Under the pieces are notes generated by a model. The model made no database searches. It saw only the letters and a program-made list of their open reading frames with translations, and was not told where the DNA came from. Positions 60,695 to 64,000 of a stretch of DNA of 64,000 nucleotides are shown in pieces. The stretch is from the NCBI GenBank assembly GCA_963816145.1, contig CAWFJP010000031.1:224001-288000 (forward strand). The letters run 5' to 3'. Positions within the stretch are counted from its first letter, which is position 1; each line of letters starts with the position of its first letter. Made by a program: the position numbers and the translations under genes. Origin of the DNA: an uncultured delta proteobacterium (GTDB taxonomy: Bacteria > Desulfobacterota > Binatia > UBA9968).

Positions 60695-61662
60695 TGAACA
60701 ATCAGCACCCCGAACTGTTTCGCCGTAACAAACTCAATCCGATATTGAGCGCGGCCGATTGGCCCTATCCGGTCAATAGCGTTTTCAACGCCGGCGCGAC
60801 GCGCTTGGCGGACGGCACGACGTTGCTGCTGTGCCGCGTCGAGGATCGCCGCGGCCATTCGCATTTTACCGTCGCCCGTTCCGACAACGGTGTGGACAAC
60901 TGGCGCATCGAATGCCGGCCGACGCTGCAGGCCAATGCGGAAAATTTTCCCGAAGAAATATGGGGCATTGAAGACCCGCGTATCACGTATCTCCCGGAGT
61001 TAAGCAAGTATGCGGTTATTTATACCGCTTTCTCACGCGATGGACCGGGCGTATCTTTAGCGCTCACGGAAGACTTCCACAGCTACGAGCGCTACGGCGT
61101 CATCATGGCGCCGGAAGATAAAGACGCGGCACTGCTTCCGCGCCGTATCGGCGGGCAGTGGGCGTTAATTCATCGGCCGGTCAGCGCGCCGCGGGCGCAT
61201 ATGTGGATGTCGTTTTCTCCGGACTTGCGTCATTGGGGCAATCACAAGCTGATGCTGGAAGCGCGTAAGGGCTCGTGGTGGGACGCGAACAAGATAGGTC
61301 TTTCGCCCCCGCCCATCGAAACCGCGCAGGGCTGGTTGGTGATTTATCATGGCGTGCGGCAAACCGCAGCCGGATCGATTTATCGACTGGGGCTGGCCCT
61401 CTTTGACTTGCAGGCACCGGAGTCCTGTATTAGGCGGGGCGATGAATGGATTTTCGGCCCGCAAGAGGTTTACGAACAACGCGGGGATGTAGACAACGTA
61501 GTGTTCCCTTGCGGTTACACGATTGCGCCGGACGGCGATACGGTTCATCTCTATTACGGGGCGGCGGATACTAGCATCGGTTTGGCGACGGGGAGCATTC
61601 ACGCCATGCTCGAATGGCTTGGACGCCACGGCGACCAAGCGACGACAACTCTAAGTGACTGA
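60694..61662 (+). CDS. GH130 / PH1107-like glycoside phosphorylase or hydrolase
   Basis: NPIL, VFNAGA, GIEDPRIT, EDKDAAL, NVVFPCG, YYGAADT; ATG overlaps the upstream TGA. Confidence 0.88.
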   Translation: MNNQHPELFRRNKLNPILSAADWPYPVNSVFNAGATRLADGTTLLLCRVEDRRGHSHFTVARSDNGVDNWRIECRPTLQANAENFPEEIWGIEDPRITYLPELSKYAVIYTAFSRDGPGVSLALTEDFHSYERYGVIMAPEDKDAALLPRRIGGQWALIHRPVSAPRAHMWMSFSPDLRHWGNHKLMLEARKGSWWDANKIGLSPPPIETAQGWLVIYHGVRQTAAGSIYRLGLALFDLQAPESCIRRGDEWIFGPQEVYEQRGDVDNVVFPCGYTIAPDGDTVHLYYGAADTSIGLATGSIHAMLEWLGRHGDQATTTLSD

Positions 61663-61673
61663 AAGGAGCAGTT

Positions 61674-61874
61674 ATGGGTACTGAGACATTTCAAAAACGG
61701 CAAAAGGAAAATGCTCGGAAAGAAAAACATAAGCTGAAATTAGCCCGGCGGCTCGAACGCAAGAATGAAAAAGTGCCGGGCGAAAACAGCTTGGATGTGG
61801 ATATCTTGGAGCTCGAGCGGGCTGCCGAGAAGTCGGCGGACCAATCTTCGGGGCAGGCCGGACCCACGAACTGA
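61674..61874 (+). CDS. Small basic coiled-coil protein (TFQKRQKE-type)
   Basis: RBS aaggag; MGTETFQKRQKENARKEKHKLKLARRLERK. Confidence 0.7.
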   Translation: MGTETFQKRQKENARKEKHKLKLARRLERKNEKVPGENSLDVDILELERAAEKSADQSSGQAGPTN

Positions 61875-62055
61875 TAAAACTCCGAGTTGCAAAAGAATCT
61901 AAATTTCGATCGGGGCGGCCATTTTAGACATTCGGTAAATCGGCCGCTGACGGAAATGTAGTGCAGCGCCGCGAGTTCACGGCTGTTCTTGAAGAATATC
62001 TATGAAGCGTCCGACCATTAAGTCGCGCGGCGCGCAGTTAAAAGAGGAGAATCGC

Positions 62056-62568
62056 ATGACATTGAGTATTGGTGAAAAAGTCAGTCTTCCGAGTCACGGA
62101 CCATGTGTGATCGGTGCGGTGGTCAACAAGTTGGTTGGCGGCACGTCAACGGCTTTCTACCGGTTGGCGCCCCTCGAAGATAATGGCGGGGAACTGTTCA
62201 TTCCGGTCGACAAGATCACCGGATTGGGCATCCGGCAGTTGTTGCAAAAATCGGAGATTCCCAAGCTGCTCGGCCGGTTGAGCCAGCCGGGCAAACCAAT
62301 ACCACCGCCGTCCACGGCGCGCAATTGGAAACAGCGCGCCCTCGATAACGGCAAGCTGTTGTCTTCCGGGTCGGCGTCGGATCTGGTGCAGATCGTCGAG
62401 TCGCTCACCGACTTGAACGAGACCAAAACGCTGGCACCGCACGAGCGCCAGACTTTGGAGCGGGCGAAGAAGCTGCTGGTTTGCGAGATCACCGAAGTGT
62501 TGGGTGAATCTCGGAGTGCGGTGGCGGAACAGCTCGAAAAGGCGCTGCAAGCACGCAAAGTCGGTTGA
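62056..62568 (+). CDS. carD: CarD/CdnL family transcription factor
   Basis: IGEKVSLPSHGPCVI, LFIPVD, GIRQL, NWKQR (conserved Trp), ERAKKLLVCEI; RBS gaggag. Confidence 0.85.
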   Translation: MTLSIGEKVSLPSHGPCVIGAVVNKLVGGTSTAFYRLAPLEDNGGELFIPVDKITGLGIRQLLQKSEIPKLLGRLSQPGKPIPPPSTARNWKQRALDNGKLLSSGSASDLVQIVESLTDLNETKTLAPHERQTLERAKKLLVCEITEVLGESRSAVAEQLEKALQARKVG

Positions 62569-62888
62569 AACGATTAAAGCGAGGAAAACGAGTCCGGATG
62601 ATTGTCAGATCTGTGACAATTCACTGCTGAGATTTCTGGTGCGATGGGCAATGGCGCTTGATAAACGTTCAGTCCCCAGTTCAAACGGGTCGGCCAAAGC
62701 ACAGTGCGTTTACCAGCTTTATCTTCCCGGCATCGTCTAAATATAAGACCGCGAATAAAACGCAGCGTACCGCAGTTCGAGTGCCATCGAGGAGGAATCG
62801 ATTATTAAAGCTATTCATCCGACAATTTTCGTCGTCCTAAGGCTAATCATCATGTTCGTTGTCCAGTTCGGCGATGGGGAGGTGATCG

Positions 62889-63923
62889 ATGTCCGCTGAT
62901 ATTAGTGCCGTCGCAATGACCATGACTAAAAGTGCTTGGTATCAGTCGACCAGTGCGTATGTACGGCCATGTCTGGGCAAATCGGTCTGGCAGTTGGTCA
63001 ATACCTTCGTGCCCTATTTCCTACTCTGGGCGCTGATGATTTTCACCGTGCGGCGGAATTATCCCTACTGGACTACTCTGCTGTTGGCGTTGGCGGCAGG
63101 CGGTTTGCTGATTCGCATATTTATTCTTTTCCATGATTGTTGTCATGGATCGTTCTTCGCGTCGCGCCGGGCCAATACTGTGCTCGGCTATGTCACCGGC
63201 GTGCTGACGTTCACGGCTTTTGAAGACTGGCGGTTGGCGCATAATCGCCATCATGCGACGGCGGGCGATCTAGATCGCCGAGGGGCGGGCGACATTTGGA
63301 CGATGACGACGGACGAATATCGGTCAGCGTCTTTTTGGCGGCGCTTCGGCTACCGGGTTTACCGCAATCCTTTTATTCTCTTCGGTCCGGGAGCGGCGCT
63401 GCTGTTTTTATGCTTCCACCGTTTCGGCACCAGAGGCGCCGGGCGGCTGGAACGGCGCAGCGTGTTGCGCACGAACCTGGCGCTGTTAATTGTGGCGGTT
63501 GTGGCGACTTGGAGCATCGGATGGAAAACCTATTTGCTGATTCAGCTGCCGATCATTGTCATTGCCGGCGGGCTAGGTGTGTGGTTGTTCTACGTCCAGC
63601 ACCAGTTCGATAACGCCTATTGGGTGCGCCATGACTCTTGGGACCCGCTGAACGTCGCGCTGGAGGGCAGCTCTTACTTCAGGCTACCGAAACTCTTCCA
63701 ATGGCTGACCGGTAACATCGGTCTGCATCACATTCATCATGTGCGGCCGAATATTCCCAACTACAATTTGCAGCAATGCCAAAATGAAGTGCCGGCGTTT
63801 CAAATCGTCAAGGCGATGACGTTTGCCGCGAGTCTGCGCTCGCTGCGACTCAGTCTGTTCGATGAGAAGTTGGGAAAACCAGTGGGGTTTCGTTCGTTGA
63901 CGGCGCTTGGTGCGGGGAAATGA
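62889..63923 (+). CDS. Membrane fatty acid desaturase (Des-like)
   Basis: His boxes HDCCH, HNRHH, HHIHH, plus FYVQHQF; RBS ggaggtg. Confidence 0.93.
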   Translation: MSADISAVAMTMTKSAWYQSTSAYVRPCLGKSVWQLVNTFVPYFLLWALMIFTVRRNYPYWTTLLLALAAGGLLIRIFILFHDCCHGSFFASRRANTVLGYVTGVLTFTAFEDWRLAHNRHHATAGDLDRRGAGDIWTMTTDEYRSASFWRRFGYRVYRNPFILFGPGAALLFLCFHRFGTRGAGRLERRSVLRTNLALLIVAVVATWSIGWKTYLLIQLPIIVIAGGLGVWLFYVQHQFDNAYWVRHDSWDPLNVALEGSSYFRLPKLFQWLTGNIGLHHIHHVRPNIPNYNLQQCQNEVPAFQIVKAMTFAASLRSLRLSLFDEKLGKPVGFRSLTALGAGK

Positions 63924-64000
63924 TGCGACGTTGGTAGGATTTCCCGGTCTATTAAGGTTTCGCTCGGGAATCGCAGAAATTACTCGTTTCTTCGAACTTT

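Overview
GC-rich bacterial chromosomal segment with no rRNA, tRNA or CRISPR array that I can support. Its gene content (many orphan solute-binding proteins, a Rieske oxygenase, MmgE/PrpD, amidohydrolase, short MetE-like enzyme and 9-bp-periodic intergenic hairpins) resembles Candidatus Binatia-type 'Deltaproteobacteria'; this placement is inference. Most of the window is catabolic and transport genes. Highlights: (1) a hidden selenoprotein at 47259-48032, a glutaredoxin-like UxxC domain fused to a DinB-like domain, with an in-frame TGA and a bacterial SECIS-like hairpin; (2) an apparently lower-GC island (~14.7-24.4 kb) with an NRPS (oxalate-CoA-ligase-like starter, T, C, Thr-type A, T, no TE), two GT4 glycosyltransferases (one ending in an NRPS docking-like helix) and a beta-propeller; (3) a TIR-TM-3x(114 aa CxxC repeat) receptor-like protein; (4) a stress/cold-type cluster at 57.5-63.9 kb with two microproteins missed by the ORF track, a terminator-bearing leader, GT4-fusion plus GH130, CarD and a desaturase; (5) an SBP / CX8CX2C radical SAM / methyltransferase operon; (6) many short gene scars, several palindromic repeat families, and single-base insertions that may be sequencing errors. 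All calls are by eye from motifs; no searches were run.
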